In this document: positions 43,002 to 51,494 of the stretch, in pieces | How the letters are laid out: every line of letters begins with the position of its first letter | Numbering within the stretch: position 1 is the stretch's first letter | NCBI GenBank assembly: GCA_037133755.1 | Contig: JBAXNN010000010.1 | Location: 10,296-74,295 of the forward strand | Source of the DNA: Thermoleophilia bacterium | GTDB taxonomy: Bacteria > Actinomycetota > Thermoleophilia > Gaiellales > F1-60-MAGs149 | DNA: 64,000 nt | Reading direction: 5' to 3' | The notes under the pieces: generated by a model | Databases searched by the model: none | Told to the model about the DNA's origin: nothing | What the model saw: only the letters and a program-made list of their open reading frames with translations | Translations under genes and position numbers: made by a program

Positions 43002-44270
43002 GTGCAGCGTGATGTCGCAGTTGTTGGCGCCGGTTATGTCGGCCTTCCCCTGGCAGTCCGCCTCGCCGAGGCAGGGCGGACTGTGGTGTGCCTCGACCCG
43101 GCCGCGGACAAGATGGAGCGCCTCAATGCGGGCGACTCGTACATCGAGGACGTGGCCTCCGCCGATCTCAAGCGCCTCGTCGACGAGGGCAAGCTCGCCG
43201 GCACGACCGATGAGGGCGAGCTCCGTGACGCCGACGCGATCCTGATCTGCGTGCCCACGCCGCTGGCCGAGCACCGCGAGCCCGATCTCGGCGCCGTGCG
43301 CTCCGCTACCGCCGCCGTCGCGCGCAACCTCCGCAAGGGGCACGTCGTCGTGCTCGAGTCGACCACGTACCCGGGCACTACGCGCGAGGTGCTGCAGCCG
43401 ATGCTTGAGGAGGGCGGCCTCAAGGCCGGAACCGACTTTCACCTCGCGATGTCGCCCGAGCGCATCGATCCAGGCCGCACCGACTTCACCGTCCACACGA
43501 CCCCGAAGGTGATGGGTGGCCTCACGCCCGCCTGCGCCGAGCGCGCCGCCGCCGTCTACCAGGGCGCCGTCGACACGATCATCCAAGTCTCCTCGCCCGA
43601 GGCGGCAGAGCTCGCCAAGCTGCTCGAGAACATCTTCCGCACCGTCAACATCGCGCTCGTCAACGAGCTCGCGATGCTCTGCGATCGGATGGGCCTCGAC
43701 GTCTGGGAGGTCGTCGATGCGGCCGCCACGAAGCCGTTCGGCTTCATGCGCTTCGAGCCCGGCCCCGGCCTCGGCGGCCACTGCCTGCCGATCGACCCCT
43801 TCTATCTGACGTGGAAGGCGCGCGAGCACGAGTTCTCGACCGAGTTCATCGAGCTGGCCGGCAAGGTCAACGGCAACATGCCGAGCTACTGCGTCGATCG
43901 CATTGCGCGCGTCCTCAACGACGCCGCCAAGAGCGTGCGTGGCGCCAACGTGCTGGTGCTCGGCGTGGCCTACAAGAACGACGTCGGCGACATGCGCGAG
44001 TCGCCCGCGCTACCGATCATCGAGCTCTTGCGCGACCGCGGCGCGAACCTCAGCTACCACGATCCGCACGTCGCGACCATGCCGGAGCTGGGCCTCGAGT
44101 CCGTCGCGCTGACTGCTGATGCCGTAGCCGCCGCCGACTGCGTCGTGATCATCACCGGCCACAACGACGTCGACTACGCGATGGTCGTCGACCGCGCCAA
44201 GTCCGTGCTCGACCTGCGCAACGCGACGGGCCGCCGCTCGCTCGGAGGCGCGAATGTCCAGCGCCTCTAG
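43002..44270 (+). CDS. UDP-N-acetylhexosamine 6-dehydrogenase (WbpA/WecC-like nucleotide-sugar dehydrogenase)
   Basis: The Rossmann motif is VVGAGYVGLPLA, and the catalytic Cys lies in GLGGHCLPIDP. The protein belongs to the UDP-glucose/GDP-mannose dehydrogenase family throughout. Confidence 0.85.
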   Translation: MQRDVAVVGAGYVGLPLAVRLAEAGRTVVCLDPAADKMERLNAGDSYIEDVASADLKRLVDEGKLAGTTDEGELRDADAILICVPTPLAEHREPDLGAVRSATAAVARNLRKGHVVVLESTTYPGTTREVLQPMLEEGGLKAGTDFHLAMSPERIDPGRTDFTVHTTPKVMGGLTPACAERAAAVYQGAVDTIIQVSSPEAAELAKLLENIFRTVNIALVNELAMLCDRMGLDVWEVVDAAATKPFGFMRFEPGPGLGGHCLPIDPFYLTWKAREHEFSTEFIELAGKVNGNMPSYCVDRIARVLNDAAKSVRGANVLVLGVAYKNDVGDMRESPALPIIELLRDRGANLSYHDPHVATMPELGLESVALTADAVAAADCVVIITGHNDVDYAMVVDRAKSVLDLRNATGRRSLGGANVQRL

Positions 44271-45279
44271 CCCCGTCCGCATCGGGATCGTCGGCCTCGG
44301 CTACTGGGGCCCCAACCTGGCCCGTGCACTGGCCTCGACGCCCGGCTGCGAACTGGCCTACGCATGCGACCTCGACGAGAGCAACCGGGCCCGCATCGAG
44401 GGCCGCTATCCCGGCACCGTCCTGACCGACCGCTTCGACGACCTGCTCGAGGACGACACGCTCGACGCGATCGTCGTGGCGACGGGCGCTCCCAGCCACC
44501 ACGCGATCGGCATGCGCGTGCTCGAGGCCGGCAAGCACGCGCTGATCGAGAAGCCGCTGGCGCTCACCGTCACCGACGCGCGCGAACTCGTCGAGACCGC
44601 CGACGCCAAGGGCCGCGTGCTGATGGTCGGTCACCTGCTGCGCTTCCACCCCGTCTTTCAACAGCTGCAGGCAACGACGGAGTCTGGCGCCCTCGGCCGC
44701 ATGCTCTACCTGTACACGAACCGCCTCAACTTCGGCAAGGTCCGCGCCGATGAGAACGCGCTGTGGAGCCTCGCACCGCACGACATCTCGCTCGCCCTAG
44801 CGCTGGCGGGCGAGCGCCCCGAAGAGGTGTCCGCCCGTGGCGAGGCCTTCTTGCGCGAGGGCGTCGAAGACGTCGTGTTCGGCTACCTGCACTTCCCGAG
44901 TGGCCTCGTCGCGCACCTCCACGTTTCGTGGCTCGACCCGCACAAGAGCCGCAAGCTCACCGTCGTGGGCTCTGAGGGCATGGCCGTCTTCGACGACACC
45001 GAGGCCGATCGCAAGCTGACCGTCTACGAGAAGGCGTCGTCGCCGTCGCGTTTTGACACGTGGGGCGAGTTCCAGGCGCTGCGCACCGGCGACGTCAAGA
45101 TTCCGCAGGTTCCGAACGCCGAGCCGCTGATTCAGGAGACCAAGGCCTTCGTCGACGCGATCGTCGCGGGCAAGGCGACGGTTGCCTCGGGCGATGAGGG
45201 TCTGGCCGTTGTCGAGGTGCTGACCGCGCTGCAGACGTCGCTCGAGCAGCACGGGGCACCGATCCGGCTGGACGCCTGA
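44254..45279 (+). CDS. Gfo/Idh/MocA-family oxidoreductase (WbpB-like)
   Basis: RIGIVGLGYWGPN and the EKPLALT motif are present. There is a 17-nt overlap with the dehydrogenase gene. Confidence 0.8.
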   Translation: MSSASSPVRIGIVGLGYWGPNLARALASTPGCELAYACDLDESNRARIEGRYPGTVLTDRFDDLLEDDTLDAIVVATGAPSHHAIGMRVLEAGKHALIEKPLALTVTDARELVETADAKGRVLMVGHLLRFHPVFQQLQATTESGALGRMLYLYTNRLNFGKVRADENALWSLAPHDISLALALAGERPEEVSARGEAFLREGVEDVVFGYLHFPSGLVAHLHVSWLDPHKSRKLTVVGSEGMAVFDDTEADRKLTVYEKASSPSRFDTWGEFQALRTGDVKIPQVPNAEPLIQETKAFVDAIVAGKATVASGDEGLAVVEVLTALQTSLEQHGAPIRLDA

Positions 45280-45983
45280 TGGCCGGCATTCACCCCACTG
45301 CGATCGTCGAGGACGGCGTCGAGCTGGGTGCAGACGTCGAGATCGGTCCGTACGCCGTCGTGCGCGCCGGCACGGTGCTCGGTGACAACGTCACGGTCGG
45401 CGAGCACGCGGTCCTCGGCAAGCGTCCGAAGCTCGGTCCCAAGTCGGTCGCCAAGACAGGTGAGCTTGACGGTCTCGTCGTCGGCGCCGGCTCCACTGTC
45501 TCGACCCACGCGGTTGTCTACGCCGGTACGACGCTCGGCGAGCGCGTGATCATCGGCGACCAGGCCTTCGTCCGCGAGCGCTGCACGATTGGCAGCGGCA
45601 CCGTGATCGGCCGCGGCGTGACCGTCGAGAACGACACGTCGATCGGCGAAGGCTGCCGCGTGCAGTCGCAGTCGTACATCACTGCCAAGAGCCTGCTCGA
45701 GGACGACGTCTTCATCGCGCCGTGCGTCGTCACCACGAACGACAACTTCATGGGTCGGACCGAGCAGCGCCATGCGCTGTTGAAGGGCCCCACGATCCGC
45801 CGTGGCGCACGCATCGGCGGCGCCGTCTGTCTCTGTCCCGGCATCGAGGTCGGCGAAGAGGCCTTCATCGGCGCCGGTGCCGTGGTGACGAAGGATGTGC
45901 CGGCCGGCACAGTGATGGTCGGCGTACCTGCGCGTGTCCTGCGCGACGTCCCCGAGGACGAGTTGCGCGCCAACGGCGGCTGA
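45279..45983 (+). CDS. Left-handed beta-helix N-acetyltransferase (WbpD-like)
   Basis: Hexapeptide repeats run throughout (IGPYAVV, VGEHAVLG, IGDQAFV, IGRGVTV...). The ATG overlaps the upstream TGA. Confidence 0.8.
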   Translation: MAGIHPTAIVEDGVELGADVEIGPYAVVRAGTVLGDNVTVGEHAVLGKRPKLGPKSVAKTGELDGLVVGAGSTVSTHAVVYAGTTLGERVIIGDQAFVRERCTIGSGTVIGRGVTVENDTSIGEGCRVQSQSYITAKSLLEDDVFIAPCVVTTNDNFMGRTEQRHALLKGPTIRRGARIGGAVCLCPGIEVGEEAFIGAGAVVTKDVPAGTVMVGVPARVLRDVPEDELRANGG

Positions 45984-45990
45984 GCCGTCC

Positions 45991-46596
45991 GTGGGTGTCG
46001 CGCTCGCCGGGTTCCTCACCGGCCTCTCCCTGATCGTCGCGATCGGCGCCCAGAACGCGTACGTCCTGCGTCTTGGCCTGGCCCGCAACCACGTGGGCAT
46101 CGCCGTCGCGATCTGCGCAGGATCCGACGCGCTGCTGATCGCCGCCGGAGTCGGTGGCCTCGGCGCCATCGTGCAGGCGCACGGGGACGTGCTCACGGCG
46201 ATCGCCCTGATCGGCGCGGCGTACATCCTCTGGTTCGCCTTCACCTCGTTTCGGAGAGCGCTGCACCCGGACGTCCTGCTGCCGACCGAGCAGCCGCCGC
46301 AGCCCGCCGCAGCCGTCGCCATTGCCGTGCTCGGCTTCACGTTCCTCAACCCGCACGTGTACCTCGACACCGTCCTGCTCGTCGGGACGATCGGTGCGTC
46401 GTTCGGCGACCAACGCTGGTGGTTCGGCCTCGGCGCCGCGCTCGCCAGCCTCGTCTGGTTCACCAGTCTCGGCTTCGGCGCGCGTCTGCTGTCGCCGCTG
46501 ATGGCCCGCCCACGCACGTGGCGCATCCTCGACGCAGCGATCGGCGTCGTGATGGTCGTGATCGCGCTCGCGCTGCTGCGCTCGGCCCTCGGATAG
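45991..46596 (+). CDS. LysE/ArgO-family basic amino-acid exporter
   Basis: Starts at GTG 45991. It has GFLTGLSLIVAIGAQNAYVLRLG and five to six TM helices. Confidence 0.8.
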   Translation: MGVALAGFLTGLSLIVAIGAQNAYVLRLGLARNHVGIAVAICAGSDALLIAAGVGGLGAIVQAHGDVLTAIALIGAAYILWFAFTSFRRALHPDVLLPTEQPPQPAAAVAIAVLGFTFLNPHVYLDTVLLVGTIGASFGDQRWWFGLGAALASLVWFTSLGFGARLLSPLMARPRTWRILDAAIGVVMVVIALALLRSALG

Positions 46597-46605
46597 GCTC
46601 TGCGC

Positions 46606-46989
46606 ATGAGCGAATCCGGCCCGGCCCACGACATCGCCGATCCCGACATCACCGTCGAGGAGCGCGAGGCGCACATCGTCATCTCGATCGACGGCACGGT
46701 CGTCGCCGACTCGCAGCGCCCGTCCGTCGTGCGGCAGACCAACAGCGGCGTGGCCCGCTACTACCTCCCGCCCGAGGATGTCCGCGTCGAGCTGCTCGAG
46801 CGCACCGCCACGACGACGCACTGCCCGTACAAGGGCGACGCCTCGCACCACTCGGCGCGCATCGGCGACACGGTTCACGCCGACGTCGCGTGGACGTACG
46901 ACGACCCGCTGCCGGCCGCCGTCGATGTGGCCGGCTGGTACTCGTTCTATGACGACAAGGTGCACGTCGCGATTGGTCCCGTCGACTAG
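46606..46989 (+). CDS. DUF427-domain protein
   Basis: ARYYLPPEDV...THCPYKGDASH...AWTYDDP...WYSFYDD matches the DUF427 pattern. Confidence 0.65.
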   Translation: MSESGPAHDIADPDITVEEREAHIVISIDGTVVADSQRPSVVRQTNSGVARYYLPPEDVRVELLERTATTTHCPYKGDASHHSARIGDTVHADVAWTYDDPLPAAVDVAGWYSFYDDKVHVAIGPVD

Positions 46990-47038
46990 CGGCACGGTCC
47001 ACCGGGCCAGACCCGGTTTTGCGAGCAGCAGGTAGCGT

Positions 47039-48310
47039 GTGGTCATGTTCGAACTCGAGACTCTGCCCAATGGCGCTCGCATCCTGAGCGCACCCATGCG
47101 CGACGCAGCCAGCGTCGCCGTCGTCATCTCCGTCGCAGCCGGCTCGCGCTGCGAGACCCCCGAGGTTGGCGGCATCGCCCACTTCTCGGAGCACATGTTC
47201 TTCAAGGGCACCGAGCGCCGCCCGACCGCGCGGGATATCTCCGCGGAGATCGACGGCATCGGTGGCGAGTTCAACGCCTTCACCGGCAAGGAGCTGACCG
47301 CGTACTACGTCAAGTGCGCGGCGGCCGACGGTGGCACGGCGGTCGACGTCCTCAGCGACATGTTCCTCCACTCGACCTTCGACGAGGAGGAGCTCGAGCG
47401 CGAGAAGGGCGTGATCGTCGAGGAGATCAACATGTACACCGACACGCCGCGCGACATCGTCGGCCAGGTGTACGACACGGCGCGCTACGGCGACTCGCCG
47501 ATCGGCCGCCCGATCATCGGCACGAAGGAGACGGTCCGCGCGGCGACGCGCCAGACGTTCCTCGACTACCTCGGTGCGTGGTACCGGCCCGAGCGGATCG
47601 CGATCGGCCTCGGTGGCAACGTCTCCGACGCCCTGCTCGCCGACGTCCGCGAGCGCTTCGGCGCGCTGCCGGGTGAGCCCACCCCCGCGCTGCCCGAGAC
47701 GATCATCCCGGAGATCACCGAGCCCCTCGTCTCGATCGAGCGGCGCGACGGCGACCAGGCTCACATCGTGCTGGGTGTCGATGGCCTCCGCTCGAACGAC
47801 GAAGACCGCTACGCGATGGCCGTCTGGCAGGCCGTGATCGGCGGCGGCATGTCGTCGCGTCTCTTCACCGAGGTGCGCGAGCGCCGCGGGCTCGCGTACT
47901 ACGTCTTCGGCCGCAACGCCGCGTACACCGACACGGGCTCGTTCGCCGTGCAGGCCGGCGTCGACATCAATCGCGCCAACCTCGCCGTCGAGGTGATCGC
48001 GCAGGAGCTGCGCCGCATGGTCGAGGAGCCGATTCCCGCCGAGGAGATCAACAAGGCCAAGCGCTACCTGATCGGCCACACCGTCCTCAACCAGGAGGAC
48101 CCGAGTGGTCGCATCTTCTTCGGCCTGCGCCGCGAGCTGCTCGACGGCGGCTGGGTCGATCTCGACACCGTCATCCGCGGCATCGAGGCGGTCACGCCCG
48201 AAGACCTGCAGCGCGTTGGTCGCCGTGTCGTGACCCTCGACCGCGCGGTACTCGCAGGCGTCGGTCCGCTCGACGACCTCGATGGCCTGCGCGCCGCGCT
48301 GGGCGCCTGA
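47039..48310 (+). CDS. M16-family (insulinase-like) zinc peptidase
   Basis: The inverted zinc motif HxxEH lies in GIAHFSEHMFFKGT, with the downstream glutamate in VIVEEINM. Confidence 0.8.
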   Translation: MVMFELETLPNGARILSAPMRDAASVAVVISVAAGSRCETPEVGGIAHFSEHMFFKGTERRPTARDISAEIDGIGGEFNAFTGKELTAYYVKCAAADGGTAVDVLSDMFLHSTFDEEELEREKGVIVEEINMYTDTPRDIVGQVYDTARYGDSPIGRPIIGTKETVRAATRQTFLDYLGAWYRPERIAIGLGGNVSDALLADVRERFGALPGEPTPALPETIIPEITEPLVSIERRDGDQAHIVLGVDGLRSNDEDRYAMAVWQAVIGGGMSSRLFTEVRERRGLAYYVFGRNAAYTDTGSFAVQAGVDINRANLAVEVIAQELRRMVEEPIPAEEINKAKRYLIGHTVLNQEDPSGRIFFGLRRELLDGGWVDLDTVIRGIEAVTPEDLQRVGRRVVTLDRAVLAGVGPLDDLDGLRAALGA

Positions 48311-48321
48311 CCCCGGATACA

Positions 48322-49491
48322 GTGATGCCCGTGGAACTGCATGAGGAAGTCGCTGGCGTCTTCGCCCGCATGGACGCACTGATCGATGAGCTCGCCGGCG
48401 ACGGCATCCGCATCGACCCACACACGCACCTCGGCCTCGACGAGGACGGGATGTCGCAGACGCTCGAGGAGCTGATCGCGCACCTCGACGCGCACAAGGT
48501 CGCCCACGCGGTCACCTTCCCGCTGCACGATCCGGATCGTGGTGAGAACTACACGGTGCCGAACGACCGCGTCCTCGAGTGGGCCGCCGCGTCGAATGGC
48601 CGCGTGATCCCCTTCTGCCGTCTCAACCTGACCGGCGATCCGCTGGCCGAGGCACGTCGTGCGATCGCAGCCGGTGCCCGCGGCATCAAGCTGCACCCGC
48701 GGGCCCAGGCCTTCAGCGTGGACGATGAGCGCCTGACCCCCGTCTTCGAGATCGCGGCCGAGCACCGGCTGCCGATCCTGATCCACGCCGGCCGCGGCAT
48801 GCCGCCGATCGGCGAGGCCCTCGCGACCGCGGCCGAGCGCAATCCCGACGCCACGCTGATCCTCGCGCACGCCGCGATCGTCGATCAGGACCGCATCGCC
48901 TCGCTGGTGGCCGGCCGCCCGAACGTCGTGTTCGACGCCTCGGCCTGGAGCCCGATCGACCTGCACGGTCTGCTCACGCGTGTCCCGCCCGAGCAGCTCG
49001 TCTGGGCCTCCGACCTACCGTACGGCACGATCCGCGAGAGTCTCTTCGCCACGCTGGCCGTGCTCTGCGAGATCGGCGCCGACATGAAGACGCGCGCGGC
49101 GGTGCTCGGCGGCACCTCGGAGCTGCTCCTGCGCGGCGAGCACCCCACGCTGTCTGCCACGCCGCTCGCGCCGCGTGACCGCGTCGTCAATCTGGCCCGC
49201 CAGCGCCTCGGCGGCTACCTCACCGCGATGCTGCCGATGATCTGGCAGCGCCGCCCCGACTACGTCGGGCACTTCGGCCTCGCCGCGGCCGTCTGCCGCG
49301 ACGAGGAGGAGCAACTCGGCGGCATCGGCGACCTGATCCGCATTGCCGAGCGCCGTTGGGACCAGGCGCTCGCCGGCGAAGATCGTCCCACCCTCGAGGA
49401 TGTGCGCGAGACGTTCGAGATCGTCCTCGCCGCGTGGGTCCTCGCCTACTCGCCCGCCACCCAGGCGCGCTGGAACGAGCTCCCCGCATGA
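48322..49491 (+). CDS. Amidohydrolase-2-like TIM-barrel metal hydrolase with a ~110-aa helical C-terminal extension
   Basis: The HxH motif lies in IDPHTHLG, and later ligand contexts are KLHP, LIHAG and ASDLPYG. I do not recognise the C-terminal third. Confidence 0.6.
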   Translation: MMPVELHEEVAGVFARMDALIDELAGDGIRIDPHTHLGLDEDGMSQTLEELIAHLDAHKVAHAVTFPLHDPDRGENYTVPNDRVLEWAAASNGRVIPFCRLNLTGDPLAEARRAIAAGARGIKLHPRAQAFSVDDERLTPVFEIAAEHRLPILIHAGRGMPPIGEALATAAERNPDATLILAHAAIVDQDRIASLVAGRPNVVFDASAWSPIDLHGLLTRVPPEQLVWASDLPYGTIRESLFATLAVLCEIGADMKTRAAVLGGTSELLLRGEHPTLSATPLAPRDRVVNLARQRLGGYLTAMLPMIWQRRPDYVGHFGLAAAVCRDEEEQLGGIGDLIRIAERRWDQALAGEDRPTLEDVRETFEIVLAAWVLAYSPATQARWNELPA

Positions 49492-50258
49492 TCGCCACTG
49501 TCGTCCTCGCCGCTGGCCGCTCCGAGCGGTTCGGCACCCCGAAGCTCCTCGCCGAATGGTGGGGACGCCCGCTCGTCGAGCGCGCGCTTGAGATCGCGCC
49601 CGCCGGCCCGCGCATTGCGGTCGTCGGGACGCACACGGCGAAGCTGCTGCCGCTCTTCCAGGCCCACGGTTTTCAGTGTGTCCGCAACCCGAAGCCTGCG
49701 CAGGGGCAGTCGTCGTCGTTGCGCCTCGCGCTCGACGTGATGCCCGCGCAGGTCGACGCCGTGCTCGTGCTGCTCGGCGATGCGCCGGCCGTCCCGCCCG
49801 TTGTGGTCGATCGCATCCTCACGGAGTACCGCCGCCTCAACTGCGCCGTCACCGCCGAGTTCGGTGATCGCACGGCGCCGCCGATCATGATCCCGCGTTC
49901 CGACTGGGACAAGATCGCTGCCACCGGCGACAACCCGGGTGCCGCGCTCGAGCCCATCGCCATCGACATGAGCGACCTGCTCGAGGGCGACGAGGACGTC
50001 GATACCCCCGAGGACCTCTTCGCCCTGTCGGCCCGCCGCGCCGGCGTCGACCTGCTCGAGCCCGCCGACCAGTCCGTGCTCGACGCCCGCCTCGACGACC
50101 CCGAGCCGTTCGCCGTGCGCCTACGCCGCCGTAACACGGCCGGCTCTGAGCGCCTTGCCGTCACGCCCCTTGCCCTCGAGAAGCTCGCCATCGAGCACTT
50201 CCGCGGCACCGAGGTGATCGCGCGCGTCGGCGACGAGTACGTGGCCCTGTTGGGCTGA
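49488..50258 (+). CDS. MobA/MocA-like molybdenum-cofactor nucleotidyltransferase with an extra C-terminal segment
   Basis: Starts at ATG 49488, overlapping the upstream TGA. VVLAAGRSERFGTPKLL and LLGDAP are family motifs. At 256 aa it is ~60 aa longer than typical MocA/MobA proteins. Confidence 0.7.
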   Translation: MIATVVLAAGRSERFGTPKLLAEWWGRPLVERALEIAPAGPRIAVVGTHTAKLLPLFQAHGFQCVRNPKPAQGQSSSLRLALDVMPAQVDAVLVLLGDAPAVPPVVVDRILTEYRRLNCAVTAEFGDRTAPPIMIPRSDWDKIAATGDNPGAALEPIAIDMSDLLEGDEDVDTPEDLFALSARRAGVDLLEPADQSVLDARLDDPEPFAVRLRRRNTAGSERLAVTPLALEKLAIEHFRGTEVIARVGDEYVALLG

Positions 50259-50290
50259 CGTCGTCAGCCCAACAGGGCCACGTACTCGTC
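50232..50290. repeat. 29-bp perfect inverted repeat around a single central T, covering the last 8 codons and the stop codon of the mocA-like gene
   Basis: I checked the pairing base by base: 50232-50260 against 50262-50290 with no mismatch. It probably acts as a bidirectional terminator. Confidence 0.8.
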
Positions 50291-50389
50291 TGCGGACAAT
50301 TTGGGCCCGGGCGTGAAATGAACGCAGCCAGCGTCACGAACACCCAGACCAGGGGCGGTCATTTCGGGCCCGGGCCCAAATTGTCCGCA
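50291..50389. repeat. 99-nt element with 22-bp perfect terminal inverted repeats (about 30 bp with two non-Watson-Crick positions)
   Basis: TGCGGACAATTTGGGCCCGGGC (50291-50312) pairs with GCCCGGGCCCAAATTGTCCGCA (50368-50389). Inner pairing GAAATGA/TCATTTC extends the stem. Confidence 0.75.
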
Positions 50390-50469
50390 GGCAACCGGTG
50401 TCTCCCAAGCAGGCAGACAAGCACGCGACCGATCGCTGCGCGACCGCTCGCGTGAAGTCTGCGACTCGA

Positions 50470-51429
50470 CTAACAGGCCGCGTGCTTCTCCAACAGCTTC
50501 ATCAGGTCCACGAGGAACGCGTCGCGCTGGCGCTGCAGGTCCGCGATCGACCGCCCGGCGGCCTCCTCGTCGCAGCCGGCGACCATCTTGTCGCGGAGGT
50601 CCTTCGTCAGCTCGGGCGCCTCGAGGCGCGTCCACGGCTCGAGCAGCGAGTCGCCGAAGTGGTCGAGCATGTGGCCCATGCCGCCCTCACCGCCCGCCAG
50701 ATGGAAGGTGAGGCCGACGCCCATCTGCGCCCAGCGGACGCCGGGGCCGTAGACCAGCGCGACGTCGCACTCCTCGACCGTCGCCTCGTCGTTGGCAACC
50801 ATGTGGAGCAGCTCGCGCCAGACGGCATCCTGCAGGCGGTTCGCGACGAAGCCCGGCAGCTCGTTCGAGCAGCGCAGGGCCTTCTTCCCGGCGCGCGTGT
50901 AGAAGTCGAGCGACCAGTCGACCACGGCCGGATCGGTCAGCTCGCCTCCAACGACCTCGACGAGCGGCACGAGGTACGGCGGGTTGAACGGATGCCCGAC
51001 GACGAGGCGCTCCGGATGCGCGGCGCCACCGGCCATGTCGGTCATGCGGTAGCCCGACGTGCTCGACAGGATCGGCACGCCGGCGGGCGCGGCAGCATCG
51101 AGGCGCGCGAGCATGTCGATCTTGAGGTCGAGCACCTCAGGGCAGCTCTCCTGGATGACGTCGGCCTCGGCACAGAGCTCTTCCAGCGTGGCCGCCATCC
51201 GCAGGCGATCGCGCGACGCGCCGGGCGCGAGACCGAGCTGTTCGAGCGCGGGCCAGGCGATGTCGTGCAGGCGCTGGAGCTTCTCGGCGGCGTCAGGTGC
51301 CGGATCCCAGGCGATCACGTCGTAGCCCTGCGCGAGGAACTTCGCGGCCCAACCGCCACCGATCACGCCCGTGCCGATCACGCCGACGGTCTTGACGGCG
51401 TCAGGGGTGGTCTTGGGCGTCCAGCTCAT
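50470..51429 (-). CDS. 3-hydroxyacyl-CoA dehydrogenase-family NAD oxidoreductase (L-carnitine-dehydrogenase-like)
   Basis: The Rossmann motif is VGVIGTGVIGGGWA, and HPFNPPYLVPLVEVV is typical of this family. Confidence 0.75.
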   Translation of the reverse strand: MSWTPKTTPDAVKTVGVIGTGVIGGGWAAKFLAQGYDVIAWDPAPDAAEKLQRLHDIAWPALEQLGLAPGASRDRLRMAATLEELCAEADVIQESCPEVLDLKIDMLARLDAAAPAGVPILSSTSGYRMTDMAGGAAHPERLVVGHPFNPPYLVPLVEVVGGELTDPAVVDWSLDFYTRAGKKALRCSNELPGFVANRLQDAVWRELLHMVANDEATVEECDVALVYGPGVRWAQMGVGLTFHLAGGEGGMGHMLDHFGDSLLEPWTRLEAPELTKDLRDKMVAGCDEEAAGRSIADLQRQRDAFLVDLMKLLEKHAAC

Positions 51430-51494
51430 GCGGATTCTCCGGAAGGTCAGCCGTCACACGACGGTCGGCCGGAGTCTATCGCCGGCGTTGGCCT

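Noticed and set aside
50232-50290. The perfect palindrome read as a dif/Xer site or a phage attachment site.
   Set aside because: It has no resemblance to the AT-rich central region of dif sites. There is no integrase or Xer gene nearby and no flanking foreign-looking DNA.
50264-50635. A 123-aa minus-strand ORF ending in the same DEYVALLG peptide as the plus-strand mocA-like gene.
   Set aside because: The shared C-terminus is a direct consequence of the 29-bp perfect palindrome. The rest of the ORF overlaps the 3' end of the dehydrogenase gene out of frame and has a shadow-frame composition.
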